From the NCBI GenBank assembly GCA_964647635.1, contig CAZYHY010000001.1, positions 97,274-161,273 of the forward strand: a stretch of DNA of 64,000 nt, written 5' to 3'. The stretch is from an uncultured Nitrosomonas sp. (GTDB lineage Bacteria > Pseudomonadota > Gammaproteobacteria > Burkholderiales > Nitrosomonadaceae). Made by a program: the position numbers and the translations under genes. Under the pieces are notes generated by a model. It did no database searches, was not told where the DNA came from, and worked only from the letters and a program-made list of their open reading frames with translations. Below, one piece after another: positions 23,839 through 34,897 of this stretch (position 1 is its first letter; each line of letters opens with the position of its first letter).

Positions 23839-26634
23839 TTAACCACTATTGCGCAATCCAGCTGTCACACCATTGATAGTCAGATGGATGGAGCGCTTAA
23901 CTTCTTCACTATCTTCGCCAGATCGGTACCGGCGCAGCAATTCCACCTGCAAATGATTGAGTGGGTCGATATAAGGCGTTCTGTTGCGAATGCTGCGTAC
24001 TAATGTTGGATTGTCTTGCAGTAATTCCGTATGACCGGTCACAGCAAACAGCCACTTCTGACTTCTTGCCCGCTCTTCCTGGATACGACCAAAAATCTGC
24101 TCACGTAATACCACGTCACCGACCAATTCCGCATACCGTGAGGCAATGCCCATATCCGTCTTGGCTAGCACCATGTCCATGTTGGACAATAATGCTTGCA
24201 TAAAAGGCCATTCCCGATACATTTCTTGCAATAATGCCAGCCCCTTTCCAGCCTGATCATCACGACTCACAAAGGCTTCCACTGCGTGGCCAAAACCATA
24301 CCAGCCCGGTAACATCATGCGACTTAAGCTCCAGCTAAATACCCAGGGAATGGCGCGTAAATCTTCAATGGCATCCGAATTTTTGCGCGATGGTGGCCGG
24401 CTGCCAATGTGCAACCCTGCCATTTCCCGGATCGGCGTGGATTCCAAAAAGAATTTTTTAAATCCTGGCGTTTCATAGACTAACTCGCGGTAAGCCGCAA
24501 AGGAGGTCGATGCAAGCCTTTCCATTGCCTGATAATATCGGTTTGCATTTGTGCCGATCGAATCATGGCTCAGCAGTGTTGCCTCCATTGTTGCAGCCAC
24601 CAGCGTTTCAAGATTCCGTCGACCTATTTCAGGTTCCGCATATTTACTACTGATGACTTCGCCTTGCTCTGTGACGCGTATCTGGCCGTTAACACTGCCT
24701 GGTGGCTGCGCCAGAATACTTTGATAGCTGGGCCCGCCACCTCGACCCACCGTGCCGCCACGGCCATGAAACAAGCGCAGCTCAACGTTGTGCTTGGCGA
24801 AAACTTTGGTGAGTTCAATCTCAGCCTTATAAATTTCCCAGTTCGACGTGATGAAACCACCGTCTTTGTTGCTGTCGGAATAACCTAGCATGACTTCTTG
24901 CACGTTGCCGCGCGAGTTCAAAAGCTTGCGATAATGCGGCAGTGAAAACAACTGATCCATGATGACGCTGCAACTGCGTAAATCTGCGATCGTTTCAAAT
25001 AATGGAATAATGTTCAGATGCAGCTGAGGATCTTTTCCAGCTTGTAGCAAGCCTACTTCCTGCAGTAGCAAAGCTACTTCCAGTATATTGATAACGCCGG
25101 TTGTCATGGAGATGATGTAATTGGGCATTGCCGCATGCCCAAAACGGCGATGAATCTCTGCCGCGCACTGCAAAATGCGTAACTCGGATTGCGCTACTTT
25201 GGAATAATCTGCATAGGAAGCAAGCACCGGACGTGACCGACTGATTGCTGCCGACAGCCATTCAATGCGCTCTTGCTCATTTAATTCCAAGTAACGCTTG
25301 CCCTGCTCATGATGCTCGAATAATTCGGCCACAACCTGCTCGTGTATCTTGCTGTGCTGGCGCATATCCAGTGGCGCCAGGTGAAAACCGAATACATCAA
25401 CTGCGCGGCGTAAATTACGCAACGCACCACGTGCTACCCAATAGGATTTATGCTGCTTCAGCGAGTAAATAATCACATCGAGATCGTGCAAAAACTCAGC
25501 ACTATTCGCATAGGGTTTGCCGACGCCAATCGAGTTATGTTGTGTAAGCTGATGTCCCAATTGCCGGGAAGTTGCGACCAGGCGTTCTCCGATACTGAGA
25601 AAAATCCGCCGATACGGTTCATCAGACCGGTTAGGAATATCCGGTGCAGCCGCCGCCAATTCTTTTACCTCGTCACTGACTTTCACTATATGTTCGGTGA
25701 GGCTCATTGAGCGACCAATCTTACTTACCGCATCCAGATAAAAATCCAAAGCCAGCGCTGATTGGCGTTCGACAGCACGCAACATCGCTTCATGTGTCAC
25801 AAAGGGATTGCCGTCCCGATCGCCACCAATCCAGCTGCCGATGCGCAAAAAAGAAGCGACATAAGGCACATCCTCACCCAAGCGGCGCTCAAGCAAGTCT
25901 TCTATTTTTGCATAGATATAGGGAATCTCGGTCAAAAAAGTATAACTGTAGTACGCCAGGCCGTTTTCAATTTCATCGTACACAGACAAACGGGTTGGTC
26001 GTAGCATGCGCGTTTGCCACAAAACCTGAATGGTGGCACGCAAGCCTTCTTCATTATGACGCAACTCATTGGGTGTTAATTCGGTGCGCGCGCGCTCCTT
26101 CAGTAAGCGCTCAATCGCCAATTGACAATCCAAGATACTTCTGCGCTGGACTTCGGTCGGATGTGCTGTCAGAACCGGTGAAATAACCGCTTTTCTAAAA
26201 AAATCGGCCAAAACTGCAGTATCGTTCTTGCCTTCCAACACACGTTCCAGTGCCAAAGTGACGCTGCCGGCCTGCGGCGAGGATCCCGCACGCAGATGCG
26301 CACGCCGCCGCCGGTTATGATGAACATCTTCGGCGATATTGGAAAGTAATGAAAAGTAACTGAATGCACGAACGACGGGTAATGAGTCTTTATCGCTTAA
26401 CTGATTAAGAATTGCATCAAGCTCGTACTGCGCTTTTGGGTCTTGATCCCGATGGAAGCGAATCGCAGTCTGGCGTATATTTTCAACCAGCTCAAAAGCA
26501 TGATCCCCTTCCTGTTCGCGTAACGTATCGCCCAGCATACGTCCTAAAAAGCGAATATCTTCACGTAGCGGCAGATCTTTGTCATCCGCCAATACATTTT
26601 GGGCACCTATATTTTCTGAATCAGTAGCATTCAT
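23839..26634 (-). CDS. ppc: Phosphoenolpyruvate carboxylase
   Basis: VLTAHPTE, GGDRDGNP, VMLGYSDSNKDGG, FHGRGG.VGRGG, LRAIPW, C-terminal RNSG. Confidence 0.97.
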   Translation of the reverse strand: MNATDSENIGAQNVLADDKDLPLREDIRFLGRMLGDTLREQEGDHAFELVENIRQTAIRFHRDQDPKAQYELDAILNQLSDKDSLPVVRAFSYFSLLSNIAEDVHHNRRRRAHLRAGSSPQAGSVTLALERVLEGKNDTAVLADFFRKAVISPVLTAHPTEVQRRSILDCQLAIERLLKERARTELTPNELRHNEEGLRATIQVLWQTRMLRPTRLSVYDEIENGLAYYSYTFLTEIPYIYAKIEDLLERRLGEDVPYVASFLRIGSWIGGDRDGNPFVTHEAMLRAVERQSALALDFYLDAVSKIGRSMSLTEHIVKVSDEVKELAAAAPDIPNRSDEPYRRIFLSIGERLVATSRQLGHQLTQHNSIGVGKPYANSAEFLHDLDVIIYSLKQHKSYWVARGALRNLRRAVDVFGFHLAPLDMRQHSKIHEQVVAELFEHHEQGKRYLELNEQERIEWLSAAISRSRPVLASYADYSKVAQSELRILQCAAEIHRRFGHAAMPNYIISMTTGVINILEVALLLQEVGLLQAGKDPQLHLNIIPLFETIADLRSCSVIMDQLFSLPHYRKLLNSRGNVQEVMLGYSDSNKDGGFITSNWEIYKAEIELTKVFAKHNVELRLFHGRGGTVGRGGGPSYQSILAQPPGSVNGQIRVTEQGEVISSKYAEPEIGRRNLETLVAATMEATLLSHDSIGTNANRYYQAMERLASTSFAAYRELVYETPGFKKFFLESTPIREMAGLHIGSRPPSRKNSDAIEDLRAIPWVFSWSLSRMMLPGWYGFGHAVEAFVSRDDQAGKGLALLQEMYREWPFMQALLSNMDMVLAKTDMGIASRYAELVGDVVLREQIFGRIQEERARSQKWLFAVTGHTELLQDNPTLVRSIRNRTPYIDPLNHLQVELLRRYRSGEDSEEVKRSIHLTINGVTAGLRNSG

Positions 26635-26758
26635 TGCATTATACGCTCACGATTAAAAATGAATCCGGCACATACTTGTGATAAGCAAAGTCAGTACCGA
26701 CCATGCTAAAATGATTACTATTAAGAATTTTTTGTAATTTTTTCATTTTATATTATTA

Positions 26759-27715
26759 ATGCCCAATTCACTTTTATTTCCCCAGAAAATCGTCATTGCG
26801 TCGCGAGAAAGTTTGCTTGCGATGTGGCAGGCCAAGTTTATTCAAAAATGTTTAGGCGGATTATACCCGCAAACTGAAATCAGCATACTCGGCATGACAA
26901 CACGTGGCGATCAAATACTCGATCAATCTTTATCAAAAATTGGTGGAAAGGGGCTATTCATCAAGGAATTGGAGCAAGCCCTGGAAGATGGTCGAGCCGA
27001 TATCGCAGTGCATTCTATGAAGGATATGCCCATGAATGTGCCCGAAGGATTCAAGCTTGCTGCCATCACTGAGCGCGAAGATCCTCGCGATGCTTTTGTT
27101 TCCAATCAATATACCAGTTTGGATGGATTACCGGAAGGTAGCGTCGTCGGCACATCCAGTTTGCGGCGCGAAAGTCAATTGCGCGCACGCTTTCCCCATC
27201 TCCAGGTGCAACCATTGCGCGGCAATGTGCAAACCCGATTACGTAAACTCGATGAGGGAGAGTATGCCGCAATCATTCTGGCCGCAGCGGGTTTAAAGCG
27301 ACTTGAATTGTCCGATCGCATCACCGCATTGCTGGATCCGGAACAAAGTTTGCCGGCGGTAGGGCAAGGTGCTCTGGGAATCGAGTGCCGATCCGACCGA
27401 ACAGACTTGGTTGAGCTTTTGCAGCCGCTACATCACCAGGAAACTGCTTATTGTGTCGAAGCGGAGCGCGCCATGAGTCGTGTACTGGGTGGTAGTTGTC
27501 AAGTGCCATTGGGGGCGTTTGCTGAAATTATCAATGGTACGCTGCAATTGCGTGGTTTCGTAGCGCAGCCTGACGGTAAGCGCATGATCAGCGACGCATT
27601 GGATGGTCAACCAGAAACAGGCACTGCTATGGGACAACAACTAGCCCAAAAATTAATCGCCCAAGGCGCTGATGAAATCTTGGCTGATTTAGTCTCTGCC
27701 GATGGCTGGAAATAG
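26759..27715 (+). CDS. hemC: Porphobilinogen deaminase
   Basis: SRES.LA.WQ, GKGLF.KE, AVHSMKD, GTSSLRR, RGNV.TRL, GSCQVP. Confidence 0.97.
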   Translation: MPNSLLFPQKIVIASRESLLAMWQAKFIQKCLGGLYPQTEISILGMTTRGDQILDQSLSKIGGKGLFIKELEQALEDGRADIAVHSMKDMPMNVPEGFKLAAITEREDPRDAFVSNQYTSLDGLPEGSVVGTSSLRRESQLRARFPHLQVQPLRGNVQTRLRKLDEGEYAAIILAAAGLKRLELSDRITALLDPEQSLPAVGQGALGIECRSDRTDLVELLQPLHHQETAYCVEAERAMSRVLGGSCQVPLGAFAEIINGTLQLRGFVAQPDGKRMISDALDGQPETGTAMGQQLAQKLIAQGADEILADLVSADGWK

Positions 27716-27717
27716 CG

Positions 27718-28494
27718 TTGCCCGCAAGTAACCAACTCGCAGGTATAAATATTCTGGTTACTCGCCCAGCGCATCAGTGCGCATTTCTTGCAGATGGCAT
27801 CCGCGCTATGGGCGGCAACCCGATTTTGTTTCCGGTATTGGAAATAGCGGATGTAACAGATTTAGCCCCCTTGATTGATTTAATTAATCGCCTGGATGAA
27901 TTTGATTGGGCGATTTTTGTCAGCCCCAATGCGGTTAACAAGGCCATGCAGTTGATCAGTAAGCGGCGCGCATTGCCTTCTCATCTAAAAATTGCTGCTG
28001 TCGGAAAAGGCAGCGCAGATACTTTAAGGCAGTATGATATCAACGAAGTGCTTATTCCGACTGATCATTTTGATAGCGAAGCACTGCTCAAGCAAGCACA
28101 ATTGCAAAATATGGCCGGTCAACGCGTTGTTATCTTCCGTGGTAACGGTGGTAGGCAATTATTGGGCGACACACTCATGCAACGCGGAGCGTTTCTCGAG
28201 TATGCCGAATGTTATCAACGCAAGAAACCAGATGTCGATATGGCACCATTATTGATTGCTTGGTCACAAGGTGAGATACATGCTGTGATTATCACCAGTA
28301 GCGAAGGATTGCATAATTTATTTGATATAATAGGTAAGCTTGGCCAACAATTACTGAAACTGACCCCGATTTTTACAGCGCATGAACGGATTGCTCAAAC
28401 TGCAAAAGACCTTGGGTTGGAAAGAATTGTGAAAACACCGCCTACTGGAGATAAGGGTTTGCTAGAAAGCCTGCAGGTGTACTTTAATTCGTAA
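27718..28494 (+). CDS. hemD: Uroporphyrinogen-III synthase
   Basis: LVTRP, FVSPNAV, AVG..SA, CY.R, TSSE; follows hemC. Confidence 0.93.
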   Translation: MPASNQLAGINILVTRPAHQCAFLADGIRAMGGNPILFPVLEIADVTDLAPLIDLINRLDEFDWAIFVSPNAVNKAMQLISKRRALPSHLKIAAVGKGSADTLRQYDINEVLIPTDHFDSEALLKQAQLQNMAGQRVVIFRGNGGRQLLGDTLMQRGAFLEYAECYQRKKPDVDMAPLLIAWSQGEIHAVIITSSEGLHNLFDIIGKLGQQLLKLTPIFTAHERIAQTAKDLGLERIVKTPPTGDKGLLESLQVYFNS

Positions 28495-28525
28495 TCAAAA
28501 AGCAGCACAGCTTAAAGAAAAAGAT

Positions 28526-28669
28526 ATGGAAGAAAGCACTCAGAACGAAACTAAATCAGGATACCTCATCACATCGCTTTTATCCGCCACTGCTGGCATC
28601 CATGTCATTTGTCACCTACGATTCAATATCAACCATTGTCGATTCCACCGCAACGAGGAGAACATATGA
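28526..28669 (+). pseudogene. 47-codon ORF at the hemX position (possible deletion remnant of hemX)
   Basis: ATG 28526, MEESTQNETKSG...RNEENI*, TGA overlapping the hemY ATG (ATGA); only 171 bp separate hemD and hemY. Confidence 0.45.
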
Positions 28670-29820
28670 AACTGATACTCTGGCTATTGGCACTTTTTGC
28701 TGCCGCCGTAGCTGTAACACTTGCTGCTAAATACGCTACAGGGCATGTTTTATTAGTAATGCCGCCTTATGAGCAAAAACTATCACTCGATCACTTCATT
28801 ATTGGATTGATAGCCGTATTTTTTGTTCTTTATGTGTTGGTTCGATTTGTGTTGGGGATCTTTGGATTCAATCAACGGCATCGTCATAAAAAAACAGATG
28901 TCACGTTAGCGACTGGACTCAAAGCTTATCTTGAAGGCGACTATGCCAGAGCTCAGAAAAATGCTGCCACTGCTTTAAAGTTAGCCGACGCACCGATAGT
29001 GACCGCGATCAGCGCTGTTATTGCAGCGCGTTCAGCCAATGAGCTCGGTGAAACTAAGGCGCGTAATCAATATCTCGTCACAGCAAGTAATAAAGCACCC
29101 AGTGAAAAATCGTTGTGCCTTATCGCCAAAACTGATTTTTTATTGAATGATGGTCTTTATAAAGAAGCACTTGAGACGCTGCAATCACTGTATGCAAAAG
29201 GTGGATTACAACCATCTTCCGCGCTTCAACTTGAGCTGAGAGCTCAACAACAAGCTAAAAACTGGGATGCAGTTTTAGAATTGACTGAGGTACTCGCAAA
29301 GCGTCAATCAACCAATAAAACTTTGGTAAAAAAATTAAGACATGATGCGCAAATGGAAAATATCAGCAGCAAAGCTTCTGACTTGCAGTCGCTGAACCAA
29401 TATTGGCAGCGCATGTCCCCTCTGGAGAAAATGGATAGCAAGCTCTCTGCTGCAGCCGCACGCGCATATATTGCTTTGGGTAACTGTACTACAGCGCATC
29501 AAATTATTGAGCAGAATGTCCCAATTACATGGGATAACGAACTGATCGAACTTTATGCAGAGTGCCTGGATTATCACGTTAATAGGCAAATTGAGTGTGC
29601 TGAAGTTTGGCTCAGATCGCATCCCAATAATGCGCAATTGCTGCTCACATTGGGTAAACTTTGCACATATTGTGAGCTATGGGGTAAGGCGCAAAACTAT
29701 TTAGAAGCAAGTTTGTCTGTTGAGCCTGGGCAAGAGGCTCACTTTGCACTGGCTCAGTTAAATGAAAAACTAGGTAAGCGTGAACTAGCAATGGATCATT
29801 ATATCAAGGGCTTGAATTGA
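28666..29820 (+). CDS. hemY: HemY-family membrane-anchored TPR protein
   Basis: Two N-terminal TM helices, TPR helices, LLL.LG.LC...LWGKA..YLEASL; GAGGAG RBS before ATG 28666. Confidence 0.88.
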   Translation: MKLILWLLALFAAAVAVTLAAKYATGHVLLVMPPYEQKLSLDHFIIGLIAVFFVLYVLVRFVLGIFGFNQRHRHKKTDVTLATGLKAYLEGDYARAQKNAATALKLADAPIVTAISAVIAARSANELGETKARNQYLVTASNKAPSEKSLCLIAKTDFLLNDGLYKEALETLQSLYAKGGLQPSSALQLELRAQQQAKNWDAVLELTEVLAKRQSTNKTLVKKLRHDAQMENISSKASDLQSLNQYWQRMSPLEKMDSKLSAAAARAYIALGNCTTAHQIIEQNVPITWDNELIELYAECLDYHVNRQIECAEVWLRSHPNNAQLLLTLGKLCTYCELWGKAQNYLEASLSVEPGQEAHFALAQLNEKLGKRELAMDHYIKGLN

Positions 29821-29848
29821 TATTGAAGCAACTACGTTAGAATAATCG

Positions 29849-30904
29849 CTAGGATTCTTGTGTAGCTTCGGGATTACTGGTTGACGGCGTAAACACATCA
29901 GAGAAAAAAGCATCTTTAGGTAAGTTGCGTTGATTGGTAAAGTCATGATAGGCGGCTTTTACCATGATAGGCACGCCGCAAGCATATATCTGATGTGTTC
30001 TCAAACTAGGGAAGTCTTGCATTACGGCTTGGTGTACTAAACCTGTTCTCCCCTCCCAGTTGTCAGTTGGCAATGGTTCAGACAAGACAGGAATAAAAGT
30101 AAAGTTGTCATGCTCTTTCTGCCACTTTTCTGCTAAATCAATCAGGTATAAATCAGCTTTTGTACGAGCGCCCCAGTAAAGAATCATTTTTCTTTTACTG
30201 TTTCGGCTGCTTTCCTGAAAAAAAACATGCTCAAGAATACTTTTGATAGGTGCAAACCCCGTACCGCTCGCTAAAAAGATAATCGGAGTTTCTTCAGGCG
30301 CCTCGCGTAAAAAGAACGAACCTAAAGGTCCGGTGAAACGAAGCATGTCCTTAACTTTCATATCCGTAAATACATGTTCAGTAAATGCCCCTCCTGGATA
30401 ATTACGCGCATGCAATTGCAGAAATTCGTCATCATGAGGTGCATTCGCCAGAGAAAAGCTGCGGCGCTTTCCATCTTTAAGCAGAATGTCGATGTATTGT
30501 CCGGCAACAAACTGCAATCGCTGATTAGTCGGAAGCTTCAAAGAAATGACCATCACATCGGAAGCAACCAGCTCAAGCTTATGCACACGACACGGTAATG
30601 TTTTTATTTCAATATCTTTAGTAGCGCCGATTTCATGGCATTCAATGACAAGATCGGATAATGGAGAAGCGCAGCAAAATAATGCCATGCCGGCTTGTTT
30701 TTCTTCTTCAGTCAGGGTTTCTTCGTTATAACGCCCGTAATTCACCGTACCCTGTATGATCTTACCTTTGCAGATTCCACAGGAGCCATTGCGACAGCCA
30801 TAAGGCAGTGAGAAACCTTCGCGCAAAGCTGCTTCAAGAATGGTTTCACCGGACTCGACTTTTAAAATATGCCCACTGGGCTGAATAATGATTTGATGCA
30901 ACAT
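29849..30904 (-). CDS. 2Fe-2S/FAD/NAD oxidoreductase (CDP-6-deoxy-delta-3,4-glucoseen reductase-like)
   Basis: PYGCRNGSCGICK ferredoxin, RSFSLAN FAD motif, ASGTGFAP, YACG. Confidence 0.88.
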   Translation of the reverse strand: MLHQIIIQPSGHILKVESGETILEAALREGFSLPYGCRNGSCGICKGKIIQGTVNYGRYNEETLTEEEKQAGMALFCCASPLSDLVIECHEIGATKDIEIKTLPCRVHKLELVASDVMVISLKLPTNQRLQFVAGQYIDILLKDGKRRSFSLANAPHDDEFLQLHARNYPGGAFTEHVFTDMKVKDMLRFTGPLGSFFLREAPEETPIIFLASGTGFAPIKSILEHVFFQESSRNSKRKMILYWGARTKADLYLIDLAEKWQKEHDNFTFIPVLSEPLPTDNWEGRTGLVHQAVMQDFPSLRTHQIYACGVPIMVKAAYHDFTNQRNLPKDAFFSDVFTPSTSNPEATQES

Positions 30905-30953
30905 TGAGTGGCAGGCAAATAAAAAATATAATAATTAGAAACAAATAGCTTAT

Positions 30954-31856
30954 ATGAAAAAAACACTGTTAATTGTCGGTTGTGGTGATATTGCCATACG
31001 TGTAGCGCCTTTTTTGCAAAAACACTACCGAATTTTCGGCTTATATCGCAAGTTAGATAGCTCTGACCGTTTGCGATCGCACGGCATGATTCCAATTTAC
31101 GGAAATTTAGATTGTCCGAAGAGTCTTGGGAGGCTCGCTGGAGTTGCACAACTGGTAATACACTTGGCTCCTCCACCCAACCAAGGGTTACACGACCACA
31201 GGACTGCACATTTACTGTCTGCACTCTCCAAACAAACACATGCGCATGCCGCGATTTTACCACAACGTTTTATCTATATCAGTACCAGCGGGGTTTATGG
31301 AGATTGTGGTGGTGCGCTTATTGATGAAGCGCGCCCTGTTCGTCCTGAAAATGATCGAGCGATACGACGCGTTGATGCCGAGAGACAAATTCGCGATTGG
31401 GGAAAGCGAAATCGGATTTCTGTTTCCATTTTACGTGTGCCTGGTATTTATGCAGCAAACAGACTGCCATTAACACGCTTGCGCGAAGGCCATCCTACAT
31501 TATTAGATGACGAAGACAGCTACACTAATCATGTCCATGCTGATGATCTTGCTCGAATAATTTGTGCAGCGTTGCGATATGCAAAGCCAGGTAGAATTTA
31601 CCACACGAATGATGATTCCCGTCTAAAAATGGGGGAATATTTTGATCTGGTCGCAGATCATTTCGGTTTTCCTCATCCGCCACGCATTACTCGCAATGAG
31701 GCTAAAGAGCGTATATCGCCCAGCATGTTCTCTTTCATGAAAGAATCCAGGCAACTTAATAACTCACGCATGAAAAAAGAATTGCATGTTCGCCTGGCAT
31801 ATCCGACTGTTTTGGAAGGTATCGAGGCTGCCAAGTTGGAAGTCAAAGAGATTTGA
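30954..31856 (+). CDS. NAD-dependent epimerase/dehydratase (atypical SDR)
   Basis: GCGDIA, YISTSGVYGD, LRVPGIY, H.DDLA. Confidence 0.85.
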   Translation: MKKTLLIVGCGDIAIRVAPFLQKHYRIFGLYRKLDSSDRLRSHGMIPIYGNLDCPKSLGRLAGVAQLVIHLAPPPNQGLHDHRTAHLLSALSKQTHAHAAILPQRFIYISTSGVYGDCGGALIDEARPVRPENDRAIRRVDAERQIRDWGKRNRISVSILRVPGIYAANRLPLTRLREGHPTLLDDEDSYTNHVHADDLARIICAALRYAKPGRIYHTNDDSRLKMGEYFDLVADHFGFPHPPRITRNEAKERISPSMFSFMKESRQLNNSRMKKELHVRLAYPTVLEGIEAAKLEVKEI

Positions 31857-32043
31857 AATTCAGTTCTATGTGTTACCAGTTTTCAATAATGCGCGTTCAG
31901 AATTTATAAAACTGTGCCGTTAAGCTCCGCACAACTTCAGAATAATTTTTTAAGCTTCACTATTAACCATCATAGTCAGTTTAAATTTTCACAGTATTCT
32001 GATTCCTCATGTGAATTCCGGATCCCTAAGGAGCTGATCTATT

Positions 32044-33267
32044 ATGGCGACAGTAACAGCGCATACAGAAAAAAAACCAAAAGAAACTAATTATTCGTGG
32101 GAAGGAAAGGATAAGGCCGGTAAACAAGTAAAAGGTGAAATGCGCGCGGCTGGAACGGTTATCGTTACTTCCACACTTCGCCGCCAAGGTATTAAGGTAA
32201 CCAAAGTAAAGAAAGTTCAGTCCGGTGGCAAAATTACGGACAAGGATATAACGCTATTTACACGTCAGTTGGCTACCATGATGAAATCCGGTGTGCCGTT
32301 ATTACAAGCTTTTGACATCGTCGGTAAGGGTCACAGCAATCGTGCGGTGGGTAAATTACTGATGGATATTAAAGCAGATGTGGAAACCGGGAGTAATTTG
32401 GCCGATGCATTTCGCAAATATCCGCTTTACTTTGATGCTTTATTCTGCAATCTTGTTGGAGCAGGAGAGGCAGCGGGTATTTTAGACAGCTTGTTAGACC
32501 GCTTGGCAACTTACAAAGAAAAAATTCAAGCCATTAAGGGGAAAATCAAATCTGCGCTTTTTTATCCTATCTCAATTATTGTGGTTGCTTTCATCATTAC
32601 CGCAGTCATCATGATTTTTGTAATCCCTGCTTTTAAAGATCTTTTTGAAGGATTTGGCGCTGAGCTGCCCGCTCCGACATTGTTAGTAATGACTATTTCG
32701 AACTTCTTCGTGGCTTATTGGTGGGCCATTCTAGGTATTCTGGGCGGTGGGATTTATGCTTTCTTCTATGCTTGGAAGCGTTCCATTGCAATGCAGCGCG
32801 TTATGGATCGGATGGTACTCAAGCTGCCGGTCTTCGGAGAAGTCATTCGCAAAGCAACGATTGCACGTTGGTCACGCACACTGTCGACCATGTTTGCTGC
32901 AGGCGTCCCTCTGGTTGAGTCATTGGATTCCGTTGCTGGAGCAGCGGGGAATTATATCTATTATGAAGCAACCAAAAGTATTCAGATTGAAGTTAGTACA
33001 GGTAATAGCTTGATGTCTGCCATGGCTAACGTCAATGTATTTCCCAGCATGGTGATCCAAATGGTCGCTATCGGGGAAGAGTCCGGCTCTCTTGATTCCA
33101 TGTTAAGCAAGATTGCTGATTTTTATGAGGCAGAAGTAGATGATGCCGTTGCTGCACTTTCAAGCTTGATGGAACCGGTGATCATGGTTGTACTGGGAAC
33201 ACTAATCGGCGGCATGGTCATTGCAATGTATTTACCGATATTTAAAATGGGTATGGTTGTTAGTTAA
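32044..33267 (+). CDS. pilC: Type IV pilus platform protein PilC
   Basis: FTRQLATMMKSGVPL, AGE..G.L, ALFYP, GEESGSLD, YLPIF. Confidence 0.95.
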   Translation: MATVTAHTEKKPKETNYSWEGKDKAGKQVKGEMRAAGTVIVTSTLRRQGIKVTKVKKVQSGGKITDKDITLFTRQLATMMKSGVPLLQAFDIVGKGHSNRAVGKLLMDIKADVETGSNLADAFRKYPLYFDALFCNLVGAGEAAGILDSLLDRLATYKEKIQAIKGKIKSALFYPISIIVVAFIITAVIMIFVIPAFKDLFEGFGAELPAPTLLVMTISNFFVAYWWAILGILGGGIYAFFYAWKRSIAMQRVMDRMVLKLPVFGEVIRKATIARWSRTLSTMFAAGVPLVESLDSVAGAAGNYIYYEATKSIQIEVSTGNSLMSAMANVNVFPSMVIQMVAIGEESGSLDSMLSKIADFYEAEVDDAVAALSSLMEPVIMVVLGTLIGGMVIAMYLPIFKMGMVVS

Positions 33268-33309
33268 ACTCAACCTTCGAGAATTTATCTTTTACTGAAA
33301 CAATCCGCC

Positions 33310-34173
33310 ATGTCACTCATATCCGTCTTGCAAGATACGCCTTCTTTTTTTATTTCATTCGTCACAATCATCGGATTGATGATCGGAAGCTTTCTAAATG
33401 TCGTGATATATCGCCTGCCAGAAATGATGCAAAGAAATTGGCTACAGCAATGCGCCGAGTTACGTGGTGAGCCGATTGAATCACAACCCACATTTAATCT
33501 CATCACTCCCCGTTCAGTATGCATCCATTGTGGACATAAAATAACCGCATTGGAAAATATTCCAATTATTAGCTATCTTGCTTTGCGGGGGCGCTGCTCT
33601 CAATGCCATGCACATATTTCTCTGCGTTATCCTGCCATAGAAGCAGTAACAGCTTTTATGAGTGGTTTTGTTGCCTGGTATTTTGGTTTCGGTTTTGTCA
33701 CGATTGCAGCGTTAGTTTTTGTTTGGGCATTAGTTGCATTAGCAGCCATTGATATCAATACACAGTTGCTGCCTGATGATATTACACTGCCCTTGTTATG
33801 GATGGGCTTACTTGTCAATATGAATAATGGCCTTCTTACTGACACTCACTCAGCAATTATTGGTGCTGTAGCAGGCTACCTCTCCTTGTGGACGATTTAT
33901 TGGGGATTTAAACTGATTACAGGAAAAGAAGGCATGGGATATGGTGATTTCAAGTTGCTAGCCGCCATCGGTGCATGGCTGGGATGGACCATGCTGCCAC
34001 TTGTCATTCTTTTTTCATCGCTGATTGGTGCTATTGTTGGTATTGGATTGATCATTGCCGCCAAGCTCAAAAAAAATATCCCCATTCCATTTGGCCCCTA
34101 TCTGGTTGGAGGGGCCTTAGTTGCTTTATTCTGGGGTGATAAACTCAACCACGCATACTTTGGATTATTTTAA
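33310..34173 (+). CDS. pilD: Prepilin peptidase/N-methyltransferase
   Basis: GSFLNVVIYRLP, two CxxC, ID...LLPD, GMGYGDFKL, PFGPYL. Confidence 0.96.
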   Translation: MSLISVLQDTPSFFISFVTIIGLMIGSFLNVVIYRLPEMMQRNWLQQCAELRGEPIESQPTFNLITPRSVCIHCGHKITALENIPIISYLALRGRCSQCHAHISLRYPAIEAVTAFMSGFVAWYFGFGFVTIAALVFVWALVALAAIDINTQLLPDDITLPLLWMGLLVNMNNGLLTDTHSAIIGAVAGYLSLWTIYWGFKLITGKEGMGYGDFKLLAAIGAWLGWTMLPLVILFSSLIGAIVGIGLIIAAKLKKNIPIPFGPYLVGGALVALFWGDKLNHAYFGLF

Positions 34174-34176
34174 TTA

Positions 34177-34779
34177 ATGACTTTTATCGTTGGACTCACC
34201 GGAGGAATCGGTTGCGGAAAATCAAGTGCCAGTAAATTTTTCTCTGATTTAGGTATTGACGTTATCGATACCGATGTAATTGCCCGACAACTCACCGAAT
34301 CGGGCGGATCAGCCATTAGCATGATACAAGAAACCTTTGGAAATAGTTTCATTACCCCTGACTGCGCTCTGGATAGAAACAAAATGCGCGACCTAATTTT
34401 TTCAAATAGCGCGGCACGGCTCAAGCTCGAAAAAATCCTTCATCCGCTTATTCTTAAAGAAACGGCATTGCAAATTGAACAGAGCCGTTCTCTCTACGCC
34501 ATCATCGTTGTACCGTTATTATTTGAAACAAATGATTACAGCAATATCGTTCAACGAATTCTGGTCATCGACTGTGATGAGCAGCAACAACTCTCGCGCA
34601 CCATGGCACGTAGTCATTTATCACGACAAGCGGCAAGAACCATCATGACAACGCAGGTCTCACGAGAGATTCGCTTGCAGAAAGCAGATGATGTCATTAT
34701 CAATGACCAAGATATTGACTATTTAAGAACACAAGTACTTCGCCTACACCATCAATATCTTTTTCTTGCAAAGAATTAG
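34177..34779 (+). CDS. coaE: Dephospho-CoA kinase
   Basis: GLTGGIGCGKS, DTD, HPLI, VPLLFE. Confidence 0.96.
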   Translation: MTFIVGLTGGIGCGKSSASKFFSDLGIDVIDTDVIARQLTESGGSAISMIQETFGNSFITPDCALDRNKMRDLIFSNSAARLKLEKILHPLILKETALQIEQSRSLYAIIVVPLLFETNDYSNIVQRILVIDCDEQQQLSRTMARSHLSRQAARTIMTTQVSREIRLQKADDVIINDQDIDYLRTQVLRLHHQYLFLAKN

Positions 34780-34897
34780 CCTGGTATATAGAAAGCAACA
34801 AATAATTACTTCGAAAAATTAAATTTTTATTTGTGAAATGATCCTGCTTCGGGCAAGATTCTACTCTTCCAATCTTCCTCATAGATGCGTCTTGACC

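Noticed and set aside
29849..31856. Possible O-antigen sugar pathway suggested by the reductase and epimerase names
   Set aside because: This divergent pair is a common betaproteobacterial neighbour of hemY, and no other nucleotide-sugar genes are present
31857..32043. No pilB upstream of pilC
   Set aside because: pilB is often encoded elsewhere and no scar is visible; cannot be judged from this window
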